Shown: in pieces, positions 1 to 9,355 of the stretch
Layout of the letters: each line of letters begins with the position of its first letter
Numbering within the stretch: position 1 is the stretch's first letter
Virus record (IMG/VR): IMGVR_UViG_3300028676_000005
Span: 1-64,000 of that record
Strand: one strand, 5' to 3'
Length of the DNA stretch: 64,000 nucleotides
Program-made: the position numbers and the translations under genes
The notes under the pieces: generated by a model
Database searches by the model: none
The model's input: the letters and a program-made list of their open reading frames with translations, nothing else
What the model was told of the DNA's origin: nothing

Positions 1-885
1 GGTTACATACATTGCAGCAGTTACTGGTTGATACGAGAAGGAGAAAGTATCCTTGCCGCTCTTTTCCAGGATGGTGCTGTAACGGTTCGGTACCTTCATG
101 TACTCTGGAAAAGCGATATGCTTATATTTGTTCCAGACTTCCATGTAGGCAGCCGCTTCTTTCGAATCTTTGAAATGCCGCCGCCCTTCGCCCAGAAGAA
201 TGTAATCCATAATTCTGTCAGCGTTATGATAAAACGTGTTGATGTTGAACTCCGTGATTTCCAGAGTTTCAAACATCTTCTTCAAAACAATACCGGTCAT
301 GTTCTTGGTTTTGTTAACCAGTCGCCGGTAATCTTTATCCAGGAAGTACCACGGTACGCAGACCTTAGGGCTACCCAGGGTAATATTCTTAAAGAACGTT
401 GTCATAAAACCAATATGCACAAAACGTTCTACACCTTCTGGTGCCTTAAGCCAGAGCTTGGTGTCGTTACCTTTATTAAGGAACTTTTCTGGAGAGTCGC
501 CACAGCGGTCACACACTTGTGGGCGATCTTCTCTGACTCGGAAGTTACCGCGCAGTTTACCACAGGAACACTTAGCCACCGTTTCAAAGGTGTTACCCGT
601 AAACTCCATCCTGGTTAACCGGCCGAGTAGTTCTCGGTCTTCTTCCAGTTTGAGGTCCAGCTCGTTAAGGTAAATTGGCTTCAGCTTTGTAGTTGCATGC
701 AGGTAATCGTAATCTTCAAAGTCTGGATATAACGGTGCAGAATAACGAGGATCATCTCGAACTATACCACCAAAGGGTCTGGCGAATTTTTCGAAGTGAT
801 TAATAGGGTCCAGCCTTTCAAGACTAAGCGCTGTTAATACGTCAATAGCTCGTTGATTGGATGGGGTAATTTCTGGTAATTCCAT
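1..885 (-). CDS. Non-virion RNA polymerase beta' N-terminal subunit (phiKZ gp55-like), truncated by window edge
   Basis: Not in the ORF track. Manual translation from ATG at 885 (GGAG upstream) is open to base 1: MELPEITPSNQRAIDVLTAL...KCSCGKLRGN...VCDRCGD, a beta'-type Zn-binding CxC...CxxC. It lies directly downstream of chimallin, as in phiKZ-like phages. Confidence 0.8.
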   Translation of the reverse strand, partial: MELPEITPSNQRAIDVLTALSLERLDPINHFEKFARPFGGIVRDDPRYSAPLYPDFEDYDYLHATTKLKPIYLNELDLKLEEDRELLGRLTRMEFTGNTFETVAKCSCGKLRGNFRVREDRPQVCDRCGDSPEKFLNKGNDTKLWLKAPEGVERFVHIGFMTTFFKNITLGSPKVCVPWYFLDKDYRRLVNKTKNMTGIVLKKMFETLEITEFNINTFYHNADRIMDYILLGEGRRHFKDSKEAAAYMEVWNKYKHIAFPEYMKVPNRYSTILEKSGKDTFSFSYQPVTAAMYVT

Positions 886-971
886 TAACAGACTCCCATT
901 AAAACAAAAATAAAATAAAGACCAGGGAGGTATTACCCTCCCTAGTCTCTACTCAGTTACAGGCCGAGACC

Positions 972-3023
972 TTAGTATTGCGGGTTGAAGAAGTTCATCA
1001 TCTGAGCACCGCCACCCATGGCGTTGTTGCTGCCAGCAGTGTGCGTAGTAGCCAGGCCACCACCAGGAGCGAAGGCCAGCTTGTTGACGCGGAACGAACC
1101 GAGGTTGTTCGCGGAGTTCAGTTGACCGATGCCATCCATCGCGGCGCCCAGTACTGCCATGAAGTCAGGTGCCCACACAGCCGCGGTACCGAATGCGTTG
1201 ATGTGGTTGCGACCGTCGAACAGGGAAGAACCGTGCTCAACACGCAGCAGCTGAGAACGCTGTTTCACGTTCTGGTTTGCTTGCGAGCCGTAGACGATGC
1301 CCATGAAGTTTTCGATACCAGCTTTCGATGCAGCCGTCGCGCCTGGTTTGGCGTTGCAGATGTACATCTCGTCGACTTCGAGGGTGTTGATGTGACGCTC
1401 TTTGTCGTCCTTGCTCACCTGGCTGACTGCCAGACCGTTCACCACGATGGTGTTGGTACGGATCAGGATCGGCTTGCTTGGGTTCCAGCCGCGGCCGGTG
1501 GTGATGTTTTCCTGGATGATCTTCGAGAAGCGCTTCTTCGACATGGAGTCGATGAGTGCAACCACAACCTTGACTGCGTCTTGGTTGTTGACCGGATCGA
1601 GCAGGCGACGCATGAAACGAACGATCGGCGAATCGACACCGCTGTCGACCAGGTTGTACTTGAACGTTGCGTGTGGAGAAACGTTCTGGTGTACCCAGCT
1701 GGTAACGAAGTCGGTATCGTTGATGTTCTTTTCGTTCAGCGGAGCGCGCAGGGTTGGGTTGAGGATCGCCTGAGCATTTGGCATGCCAGCGATAACCATC
1801 TGGATACGAGTTTCCAGACCAGCCATGGAGCCACGGCCACCGACGTGCAGTTTACGCAGAGCATCAGCCCAGACGTACTGTTGGTTGGTGGTCATCAGCG
1901 TGTAGAGACCGAAGAAGATCGGGTACAGGCCGCCGTTGTTGTGCATCATTTCGCCAGCGGTTACGTTTTCGAGAGTGATCTCTGGACGCAGCGGACGGTA
2001 CGAGCCTTGGTAAATCGAGTTGTTCATCGAGTTACCGAACCAGCTACGCAGGTTGGTCATGTAGTCAGCAGACTGCGACAGTGCGAACTGCTGAGCCTGG
2101 TACTCTTCCCAGGTTACACCAGTCAGCGATACCGACGCAGTGATGCGGGCGATTTCGCGGGAGCTGTCGTTGTTCGGGTTGTAGTTGCCGTTGCCATTAC
2201 GGTTGTTGACGGTGGCTACCACAACTTCCATGTTGGCCGGGCTGAGGGTTTTGGCGTGGGTCACGCGGCCGGATACTGCTTGAACGCGAGCTTCAGCGGT
2301 GTTGTCTTTGCCGTACGGTGTTGCTGGTTCCAGCCATGGAGCTGGGATTTCGCGGCCAGCGGCGACGATCATGTTGGCACCGGTAACCAGCAGGGATTCT
2401 TCCCACTGACGAGCGGCGTACATGGCGATGTTGTGAGCCCAGTCTTTCTGATCGCCCGCTTCCGGGTGACCCAGCATTTCCATGTCCTGGACGAACAGGT
2501 TGATCACTTCGATGCCGGTGGCGCCGTTGGTTTGTGCAACACGGCCGTAGTGCTCTTTCAGCTTGGCGATGAACTGAGCGTTGACCTGAGCGGCCGGAGT
2601 CACTGGGATCGATACGCGTTGTTGCTGTGCGGTACCCTGGTTGACGTCGATGTGCTCGGTAGCGAAGCTGTTTTCGCGGTTAGAGAACAGCATGCCCATG
2701 ATGTACATGGTGCCGTCGAGTACGACGTAGAAGCCCAGGCCAGGCAACGCCGAGGAGATGGCAGAGGTCAGGTGTTCAACGGTCGGGATGATCTGACGCT
2801 GGTGTGCGTCGGTGGTCGATGTTTGGATGTTCTTGTAGATGCCTTCGGTCAGCACCTTGTAGACGTCGTCTACGATCTTCATGCCGCGGTTGTCGGCTAC
2901 CAGGGAGTTGACACGGAACAGACGATCCAGGATACCACCACCGGTGCTACCTTGTTGTTGAGCATTGTTGCCGTTGTTTTCCTGCCAGTTGTTGAATTCG
3001 TTGTTTTCAGTTTCCAGACCCAT
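972..3023 (-). CDS. chmA: Chimallin, major phage nucleus shell protein
   Basis: 683 aa with an N/Q-rich N-terminus followed by GSTGGGI. Colinear similarity to recalled 201phi2-1 gp105 segments (PANMEVVVATV, KPILIRTNTIVVNG, APDFMAVLGAAM). Flexible G/N-rich C-tail, strong codon bias, and position between DNA polymerase and nvRNAP beta'. Confidence 0.88.
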   Translation of the reverse strand: MGLETENNEFNNWQENNGNNAQQQGSTGGGILDRLFRVNSLVADNRGMKIVDDVYKVLTEGIYKNIQTSTTDAHQRQIIPTVEHLTSAISSALPGLGFYVVLDGTMYIMGMLFSNRENSFATEHIDVNQGTAQQQRVSIPVTPAAQVNAQFIAKLKEHYGRVAQTNGATGIEVINLFVQDMEMLGHPEAGDQKDWAHNIAMYAARQWEESLLVTGANMIVAAGREIPAPWLEPATPYGKDNTAEARVQAVSGRVTHAKTLSPANMEVVVATVNNRNGNGNYNPNNDSSREIARITASVSLTGVTWEEYQAQQFALSQSADYMTNLRSWFGNSMNNSIYQGSYRPLRPEITLENVTAGEMMHNNGGLYPIFFGLYTLMTTNQQYVWADALRKLHVGGRGSMAGLETRIQMVIAGMPNAQAILNPTLRAPLNEKNINDTDFVTSWVHQNVSPHATFKYNLVDSGVDSPIVRFMRRLLDPVNNQDAVKVVVALIDSMSKKRFSKIIQENITTGRGWNPSKPILIRTNTIVVNGLAVSQVSKDDKERHINTLEVDEMYICNAKPGATAASKAGIENFMGIVYGSQANQNVKQRSQLLRVEHGSSLFDGRNHINAFGTAAVWAPDFMAVLGAAMDGIGQLNSANNLGSFRVNKLAFAPGGGLATTHTAGSNNAMGGGAQMMNFFNPQY

Positions 3024-3109
3024 GATGCTTTTTCCTTATCTTCGAAGATAGTGTTTGTAACTAGCGGAATACCACAAGAATGAGATTATCATTACTGTGA
3101 TTCGTATTA

Positions 3110-3118
3110 GTAATACAG
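3110..3118 (-). promoter_or_regulatory. Candidate early (virion RNAP) promoter for chmA, CTGTATTAC
   Basis: One-mismatch copy of the CTATATTAC motif seen four times elsewhere, oriented toward chmA. TATTAC is the known phiKZ early promoter core. Confidence 0.5.
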
Positions 3119-3263
3119 GTTTGAAATATTCTTGACTATCCAAATTCTATAGTCAAGAACCTTTAAACTGTACTACTGAATTTTGAAAGTGCGTGCTCGT
3201 CCCAGTTGTGGAGGACGCGAACGTCATTTCCTATATAATAGACTTCTACTGAGAACTTACTTA

Positions 3264-4358
3264 ATGATCACTTTGCCATTTCCAAAGCACAGGCTATCTC
3301 AGTATCCACTGAAACGTTTCCCAGGGCTTGGTAACCTGCACCGAGTCACAGCACATAATCAGAAAGCTTTTCGAGAGTATCTGGACCGATCGGTCATCAA
3401 CCTCAATGATGAACATTTCTTAGTACAGCTTTTACGACACCTTGCAATTGACCCAGAATGGGATCTGGCAGAAGTTATTGCCAACGCAAAGTTTCGTTCA
3501 TACTCATTATCAACTCTGTTTAATATCACTTCCATGAATGGAGTGGGTTCTGTTATTAAAGTGGGAATGTACGGTGAGGGCTGCAATGAACTGTGGAGCC
3601 TTATCGAACATGACCGTGTTTATGATGAAGCTAAGCTAGCCCAAGATCATTTAAGACCCATTATTCCGGTTTACACTAATATACTCACTCGTGGGTACAA
3701 ATTAATTGCAGAACGCAATCCGGACAGTGTGGTTAACAAGGATAAGATAGCTATTGTGGCTATTAACGTTGTGGAGCTGGCAATTGGCTGGTGGCTATGG
3801 ATGCGGGAAGACCGTACCCGTGACACAGGACCTGCTGCTTATCTTTGCATGTGGCCTCTGTACACAGCCCAGCTCATCCATAACCAAAGTGTAATGGTTA
3901 ACTCTTTATACGAGTTCTTTGTTAACGGAGTTAGCACAAAAGACTTGTTTGAGATGGAGACCGTTAAGTTTACCACTCTTAATGAGGCAAAGCTTATTAA
4001 GGAATGGTTTACGTTTAAGCTGGATATCTTGACCAGTACTCCATTATCGGATATTGGGCATTTGTTAGCTAACGTTGACAGCATCTACCCAACACCTTTC
4101 TTTAACTACGAGGATGGTGGGGACAACAAGATGTTTGTTCAGACTCGTTGGTTGTGGGATCAAAACGTTATTAAATGGTACAGCATTTACTTTGCTATTT
4201 TTAACGCTCTAGGAAAGCCTGTGGGCGACGTTAAGTCTGTTACCCAACGCGTACTACCCTTCGTGGTCGCGAGCTTCTCTAAGGCCCCTTCCAACTTATG
4301 TAGAGATAACTTCAAGGGAATAGCCCAGGAGCTGTCTCAGTTAGTTTCTAAAAACTAG
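3264..4358 (+). CDS. Conserved hypothetical protein of the chimallin/DNA polymerase block
   Basis: Long ORF (track 3183..4358; ATG at 3264 preferred) on the opposite strand between chmA and the polymerase. No recognisable motif. Confidence 0.75.
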   Translation: MITLPFPKHRLSQYPLKRFPGLGNLHRVTAHNQKAFREYLDRSVINLNDEHFLVQLLRHLAIDPEWDLAEVIANAKFRSYSLSTLFNITSMNGVGSVIKVGMYGEGCNELWSLIEHDRVYDEAKLAQDHLRPIIPVYTNILTRGYKLIAERNPDSVVNKDKIAIVAINVVELAIGWWLWMREDRTRDTGPAAYLCMWPLYTAQLIHNQSVMVNSLYEFFVNGVSTKDLFEMETVKFTTLNEAKLIKEWFTFKLDILTSTPLSDIGHLLANVDSIYPTPFFNYEDGGDNKMFVQTRWLWDQNVIKWYSIYFAIFNALGKPVGDVKSVTQRVLPFVVASFSKAPSNLCRDNFKGIAQELSQLVSKN

Positions 4359-4374
4359 AAATAAGTGTTACGAT

Positions 4375-4412
4375 AATACTCCCCTAGCCCCGCAAAGGGC
4401 TAGGGGAGTATT
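4375..4412. terminator. Bidirectional terminator hairpin
   Basis: Perfect 16-bp inverted repeat AATACTCCCCTAGCCC / GGGCTAGGGGAGTATT between convergent genes. Confidence 0.85.
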
Positions 4413-4424
4413 TTGCTTATTGCA

Positions 4425-6533
4425 TTAATGTTCGTCTGAAACCAAACGCGTCACTTTGCTGTTCATGAAGTACAACCCTAACGATTCCAGGATGGCATAG
4501 ATGCTCTTAAAGTTCTGTTGGATAATGAGACGTGTGTCTACAATAGGCAACAACTCTTTAGGAATACCTCCCAGGTTAGCTACCATGTCTTCAGGGATAT
4601 ACACCGCAGTCAACTTAGGCCGACTTTCGATATACGCACTAAAGGTTTTGGTATAAGCACTTTCACCCAAGGAATCAAAATAGACTTTCATTTTGCTCTT
4701 GTTGTGTAATGCCAGGTTGACTTTAACCGCACGATAAGGCAACTCTGGTGCTTTGCCGTAACTAGCGCTAAACACAGATTCCCACAGCTCGTGATAATAA
4801 TGAATGGAGGACTCAGGATTAGTGTAGGCTGATTCCTCTTTAATGTTTTCTTTACGCAACCAAGTTACACCGCCAGTTTTAATGTCGGTGAACAATGCAC
4901 GTTCCAGATCGCCAATCTCACCAAGGATTTCAGCTGCATCAAGTTTCTTCTTCTTGTAGATGGCATCCAGTACATTTCGCATAAGCTTGTTAGTAAAGTC
5001 GCGTACCATCTTAGCGATTTTAATCCCTCTAAGGTGAACACCTTTAAGTTCTAACTTAGGCACCTTGTGCAAAACACCCTCAAGCATCAACTGCATGGCG
5101 TAATAGTGTTTAGACATAAGGGTGGTAACATACGAACTGAACAGGTATTCGTTCTTCATGGTCAAACGGTTACGGAACCGGTTAGCCACGTTCATGTTAA
5201 CACTTAGACGAGCGTGTTGGTCTACAGAAGCGCAACGAATAAAGTACGTCATCGCCGCGTTGAAGCAAATGCCACTTTCTTCGTCGTCAACGTAATCATC
5301 AATGATCATGTCAACGGAATAGATCATGGAGTCAGTGTCGGAAGTCAGAACGTTTTCACGAACCAACTCTTTGATACTGAAGATACTTGTAGGTGGGATG
5401 TCTGCCCGCAAGAAAGCACTAATAAAAGTAGCCCACTTACGTTCCATCTCCACATGGTATCCGTTTACATAAGCCATTTCATCTTTGTTTGGCTTACGAC
5501 CCAACTTAGTTACGATCATAGTCTCATAATCGTCGTTAGCTGGTTTGATACCGTCCTCTGCTTTAAAGCCTTCTGGCATTACAGGGATGTGGCACCATTC
5601 ATTAAAGAACCGTTTCATCAGCTCTTTGTTAGTGGTGTACAGCCCGCGCAAGTCCATTGTGCAGAGGATAATTGTTAGTTCAAGCTTGTTAAGCCCGCGC
5701 AAGAACATCCTGATCGCTTTAAGCTGACTAGGGTTGTTCCAGTAATAACCAGCGCAACGTTTAACCATGTCCATGACTTGGTCAACTGTTGCATAGTTCA
5801 TTTTGTATTCGTTGATTACATCTTGAATCTCATCACGACGAGAGAACGCCAAAGTGCTCAGGAAGAGCTCCATGGTCTTATCGTAGCTGAGCAGTAACCT
5901 GTTACCGGTAATCAGTCGTTCGTTAAGCAGGTTGGCCGTAGAGGTGACGATACGGCAAGTACTAGTCAACGACGTGTGACCAGACTTGTTAAACAGTGGG
6001 GTGCCTGATGAGGACATGCCGCCAGATTGTGCGTTGTTAAAGATCTTCAGCGCTTTCTGAAATTCGTCAAATGCTTTCTTGGCTTCGTCATCGCCAACTG
6101 CAATTGCTTCTTTCATCTTACCTTTATAAAGTGCGCGAAACTTCATAAAGGTTTCGGTACCAATCGAATTAACCGATTGTTCGTCGTCTGCGTGTTTGTA
6201 CGCTACTAACGAAGGAGACAATACCCAATTGTTTTGCCTAACTGTATTAAAGAACTCGTTGGCGCCCATTACAACAGGTACACGGTCACCGTGCTTGTTC
6301 TTTTTGAATACACCAAACTTTACTTCTTTAAAGCCATTCTCATTTGGTATGAAGACTTTTTCGCACAATTCCAATACGTGCTTGTAATCATGACCGTAAA
6401 AGTTTGCTAAGTAGATTGCCGCTTGTACGTGGTACGATTTAAGGATATCCCGATTGGGTACATAATCCTGTGCAATAAACGGAGAAAGTTTAACTTCTCT
6501 CGCTTTATCAAAATTCAAGACTTGAGCTGTCAT
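4425..6533 (-). CDS. Family B DNA polymerase, catalytic part of the split phiKZ-type polymerase (gp50-like)
   Basis: 702 aa. PolB motifs KIFNNAQSG (KxxxNxxG) and SDTDS. No 3'-5' exonuclease motifs visible. Synteny with chimallin. Confidence 0.85.
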   Translation of the reverse strand: MTAQVLNFDKAREVKLSPFIAQDYVPNRDILKSYHVQAAIYLANFYGHDYKHVLELCEKVFIPNENGFKEVKFGVFKKNKHGDRVPVVMGANEFFNTVRQNNWVLSPSLVAYKHADDEQSVNSIGTETFMKFRALYKGKMKEAIAVGDDEAKKAFDEFQKALKIFNNAQSGGMSSSGTPLFNKSGHTSLTSTCRIVTSTANLLNERLITGNRLLLSYDKTMELFLSTLAFSRRDEIQDVINEYKMNYATVDQVMDMVKRCAGYYWNNPSQLKAIRMFLRGLNKLELTIILCTMDLRGLYTTNKELMKRFFNEWCHIPVMPEGFKAEDGIKPANDDYETMIVTKLGRKPNKDEMAYVNGYHVEMERKWATFISAFLRADIPPTSIFSIKELVRENVLTSDTDSMIYSVDMIIDDYVDDEESGICFNAAMTYFIRCASVDQHARLSVNMNVANRFRNRLTMKNEYLFSSYVTTLMSKHYYAMQLMLEGVLHKVPKLELKGVHLRGIKIAKMVRDFTNKLMRNVLDAIYKKKKLDAAEILGEIGDLERALFTDIKTGGVTWLRKENIKEESAYTNPESSIHYYHELWESVFSASYGKAPELPYRAVKVNLALHNKSKMKVYFDSLGESAYTKTFSAYIESRPKLTAVYIPEDMVANLGGIPKELLPIVDTRLIIQQNFKSIYAILESLGLYFMNSKVTRLVSDEH

Positions 6534-6581
6534 CTAAAAGCCCTTAAAGAAAAATACAAAATACAAAAAATAAAAATATAA

Positions 6582-6615
6582 CTACCAAGCTCCTACTTAA
6601 TAGGAGGCTTGGTAG
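6582..6615 (-). terminator. Rho-independent terminator
   Basis: CTACCAAGC-TCCTA / TAGGA-GGCTTGGTAG hairpin followed on the minus strand by a long T-rich tract. Confidence 0.75.
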
Positions 6616-6630
6616 AGAATTACTTTAAGG

Positions 6631-7044
6631 CTATTCGTTATCAACTTTGTTAATCGTCCAGTTGACCCCGAGATCAGCAAAGAACGATGTTGTTGGGGCG
6701 GTGAACTCTTCTCGCCAGTTCGACACGTTAATTACCGCACGGCGGCTTTGAACGTACTGGAACGAGCTTTCCAGAATCCACGGTACACCAACGATCTCGA
6801 GTTGACCGTTGTTGTTGATAATGCCAATGTACGAATACGCCGATGGGTCATTGTTACCACCCACCGACGAAGAGAAGTAAGGAAACAGCGTTTCATGTTT
6901 CCGATTGATCTCGGGGTCGATAGCCTTGGCGATACTGTAATTGATATCGCCTTCGACAAGAACCTGGACTTTAGGGTCACCAATAAGACCATTACGGATA
7001 AACTGGAAACTAACGATGTCGCCTTTTTTCGGGGTGATGGCCAT
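6631..7044 (-). CDS. Hypothetical protein (beta-rich)
   Basis: 137-aa ORF with RBS (GAGG) in a tightly packed operon. Confidence 0.75.
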   Translation of the reverse strand: MAITPKKGDIVSFQFIRNGLIGDPKVQVLVEGDINYSIAKAIDPEINRKHETLFPYFSSSVGGNNDPSAYSYIGIINNNGQLEIVGVPWILESSFQYVQSRRAVINVSNWREEFTAPTTSFFADLGVNWTINKVDNE

Positions 7045-7052
7045 GTGAACCT

Positions 7053-7406
7053 CTAATGGAAGTTATAATCAATAAAGATTAGTGGAAGCTTCAAAAGATG
7101 TTCGCCATGACGTATTGCCATTCCGTAACCGCTGCCTACATGATAATTAAGCACTTCTTCAGAGGAGTGAATATCATCAGTAAGCAAATGATGGATAGCG
7201 CTTTCCAGGTCTTCTGCTTCGTTGTTATCGTTAATGGACATCAAACGCTTTGTTTGGTCAACCAGATACTTTTGGATAACTGCAAAAGTCAGTTCTCCTT
7301 GCCCATCCACGTCGTACAGCTTATCGATTAGGTGGGCGGAAAGCGCATCTGGGTCAACATACAGAACACGCTTCAGCATATGGCTATTCCGTGTAGTTGA
7401 AGGCAA
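7053..7406 (-). CDS. Hypothetical protein
   Basis: 117-aa ORF in a packed minus-strand operon; the start may be the internal Met (MLKRVL). Confidence 0.65.
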   Translation of the reverse strand: MPSTTRNSHMLKRVLYVDPDALSAHLIDKLYDVDGQGELTFAVIQKYLVDQTKRLMSINDNNEAEDLESAIHHLLTDDIHSSEEVLNYHVGSGYGMAIRHGEHLLKLPLIFIDYNFH

Positions 7407-7692
7407 AGACCGCGGTCATACCGTTAAAGGTCATGTTTTCGAAATTGAGAGTACCGTGTTCCATCACCAAGCCTTGGATAAGGCTCATGGTCGCCATGTA
7501 TTCACTGGTCATCTTCTTGAGGCATTCCTCGATAGGATGGGTGACACCGCCGACGGTAGATGGAAAGGGGATAATGTCAGTGTTCTTCACGCCCAGGGTT
7601 TCAAACAGGGCTTTGTAAGCGCCACCCAGTTCTTGCATGTCAGTGTTTGGTGGGACCTGGATATTGTGGGTAATTACTTTAACGCCACTCAT
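7384..7692 (-). CDS. Hypothetical protein
   Basis: 102-aa ORF overlapping the upstream stop by 4 nt. Confidence 0.7.
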   Translation of the reverse strand: MSGVKVITHNIQVPPNTDMQELGGAYKALFETLGVKNTDIIPFPSTVGGVTHPIEECLKKMTSEYMATMSLIQGLVMEHGTLNFENMTFNGMTAVFAFNYTE

Positions 7693-8030
7693 TGTGAATA
7701 CTCCAAAAGAATTGTGTGCTTATTTACAGAGAAAGTTGTGATGGCACCGTCGAGGGAGGCGGTATACACTTGTTTTCCAATCTCTGCAAGAAACGGCAGA
7801 ACTTCGACAATTAACAGTTGTTCTACTAACTCGTCCAAATCCATCATTTCCAGACTGGACTTAATTAGGCGTTCATGATCTTGAATCGGGTTAGTTAACC
7901 AGATCTTAACCAGGAAGTTAATCAGTACTATTGCATTACTTTCTTGTACGTCGTGCTTAACAAACACGTCGACAGTCTTACCTAAAGGGACGGATACTTG
8001 CTTAATCGCTGTCATCTGGACTCCACACAA
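7689..8030 (-). CDS. Hypothetical protein
   Basis: 113-aa ORF in the operon; likely starts at the second Met. Confidence 0.65.
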   Translation of the reverse strand: MCGVQMTAIKQVSVPLGKTVDVFVKHDVQESNAIVLINFLVKIWLTNPIQDHERLIKSSLEMMDLDELVEQLLIVEVLPFLAEIGKQVYTASLDGAITTFSVNKHTILLEYSQ

Positions 8031-8472
8031 GCGGTTCAGGTTTTAATGGATTGGGGATTAACATATCCCGCGCATCAATCTCAACCATAATGTTTCTAGG
8101 GTAGACCAATTTGTAGGCTGGCTTGTATTCCAAATACCCTTTAGGGGGTATGCGTGTAACTTGGCTTATAACGTACTGCATGTTATCTTGGATGAGATCC
8201 CAAACGTCATCATGCAAGATGTGTCTTCTGAACAAACGCTGGTTATACGTTGGCTCATCAAGCCGGTGACCTTTCTGCAAATAGTCAAAGGCAGTTTCGA
8301 TCGTGTTCTCCCAAAGCCCCATCGCCAACTCATCATAACGGGTTATTGGCAAATCACCTGTTATTAGACCACTAACTTCTTTTCTTAATGTCGCGTATAA
8401 ACTTTCCGCCTCGATCAGATAGCTGAGGCTGTCTTGGCCGAGTCCTGCTACGAGCCTGTCGATGGAATGCAT
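8002..8472 (-). CDS. Hypothetical protein
   Basis: Track ORF 8002..8586; ATG at 8472 (MHSIDRL, GGA upstream) preferred. Confidence 0.6.
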   Translation of the reverse strand: MHSIDRLVAGLGQDSLSYLIEAESLYATLRKEVSGLITGDLPITRYDELAMGLWENTIETAFDYLQKGHRLDEPTYNQRLFRRHILHDDVWDLIQDNMQYVISQVTRIPPKGYLEYKPAYKLVYPRNIMVEIDARDMLIPNPLKPEPLVWSPDDSD

Positions 8473-8935
8473 TGATGTCATCCAGAGTCGGATTATCTTT
8501 AATGGCCGTAGTGGCCATGTCCTTCCGTGGGGCGTCTTCATTGACGTCTTCTTCTTGTTCTGGAGCTTTCCACCCCAGCTTGACACCAGTTGCTTCGAGA
8601 TCCATTTCGATGCGCACGCTAAACAGATTACCGCCCACTGATTTAAACGAAGTCTTTACGACCAATCGTTTATCCCAACCGGCTTGATGGATAAGTGACT
8701 GCACATCATTAATACACTTATCAAAAACCATATCTGGCATTACCATTGGATACATCGTCTCGCCAATGTCGATAACATGCTGAGTAATCTCGTCACGTTT
8801 TTCTTGATCGGCTGTATTGACGTAATCCACGGCATTAGTTAGAAAGCTTTTAGCGATTTCCAAACGCACGCCAATGTGCTCAGATTTCTCTAAGACAAAA
8901 CTTTCTGCCAAAGCCAATAGGTTAATACTGGGCAC
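8372..8935 (-). CDS. Hypothetical protein
   Basis: 187-aa ORF with AGGA RBS. Confidence 0.7.
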   Translation of the reverse strand: MPSINLLALAESFVLEKSEHIGVRLEIAKSFLTNAVDYVNTADQEKRDEITQHVIDIGETMYPMVMPDMVFDKCINDVQSLIHQAGWDKRLVVKTSFKSVGGNLFSVRIEMDLEATGVKLGWKAPEQEEDVNEDAPRKDMATTAIKDNPTLDDINAFHRQARSRTRPRQPQLSDRGGKFIRDIKKRS

Positions 8936-8947
8936 GTTTATGTCCTT

Positions 8948-9268
8948 TTAATAATCAAAAGAAACAGTAAGATGATTCTTGTGTTTGCCTACCGCTTTAA
9001 TGCTAACAAAAGCGTCGCGTGGTACACCCAAGAGATTACTTACCACCTGTTCACGCAAACCTTCGAAGTCATAACCGCTCATGCGGACATAAGTTCTAGG
9101 TTCTTCAAAGTCGTTAAACCCTTCTTCGATCAACACTGACATTAAATCAGTGACGTCTAATCTGCGACTGGAGACGCGTTTCTCGGCTCCTAAGACTCGT
9201 GTCAGGGAAAACTGCTTAATATCCACATGGAAGCTTCTAGACACCTTGTTGGCCCCTCCGTTAAACAT
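8948..9268 (-). CDS. Hypothetical protein
   Basis: Track ORF 8948..9334; ATG at 9268 (MFNGG) is a possible start. Confidence 0.6.
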   Translation of the reverse strand: MFNGGANKVSRSFHVDIKQFSLTRVLGAEKRVSSRRLDVTDLMSVLIEEGFNDFEEPRTYVRMSGYDFEGLREQVVSNLLGVPRDAFVSIKAVGKHKNHLTVSFDY

Positions 9269-9355
9269 AGTATCAGACCCTAGTTTAAAGTTAACAAAAA
9301 ACAGACATAAACTAAGAGCAGTGGCTAGTGCCACTGCTCTTATTTAGGCCTGGTG

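Noticed and set aside
28-618. 196-aa plus-strand ORF at the window start
   Set aside because: It is antisense to the nvRNAP beta' frame (1..885, minus), which has an RBS and a Zn-finger motif.
978-3083. 701-aa plus-strand ORF opposite chmA, and similar long antisense ORFs (29676..32597, 9353..9871, 42042-type, 40532..41236)
   Set aside because: These are shadow frames produced by strong codon bias in highly expressed genes; they have no motifs, no RBS context and fully overlap confident genes.
4425-6533. Polymerase without a proofreading domain as a novelty
   Set aside because: A split family B polymerase is already known in phiKZ-like phages.
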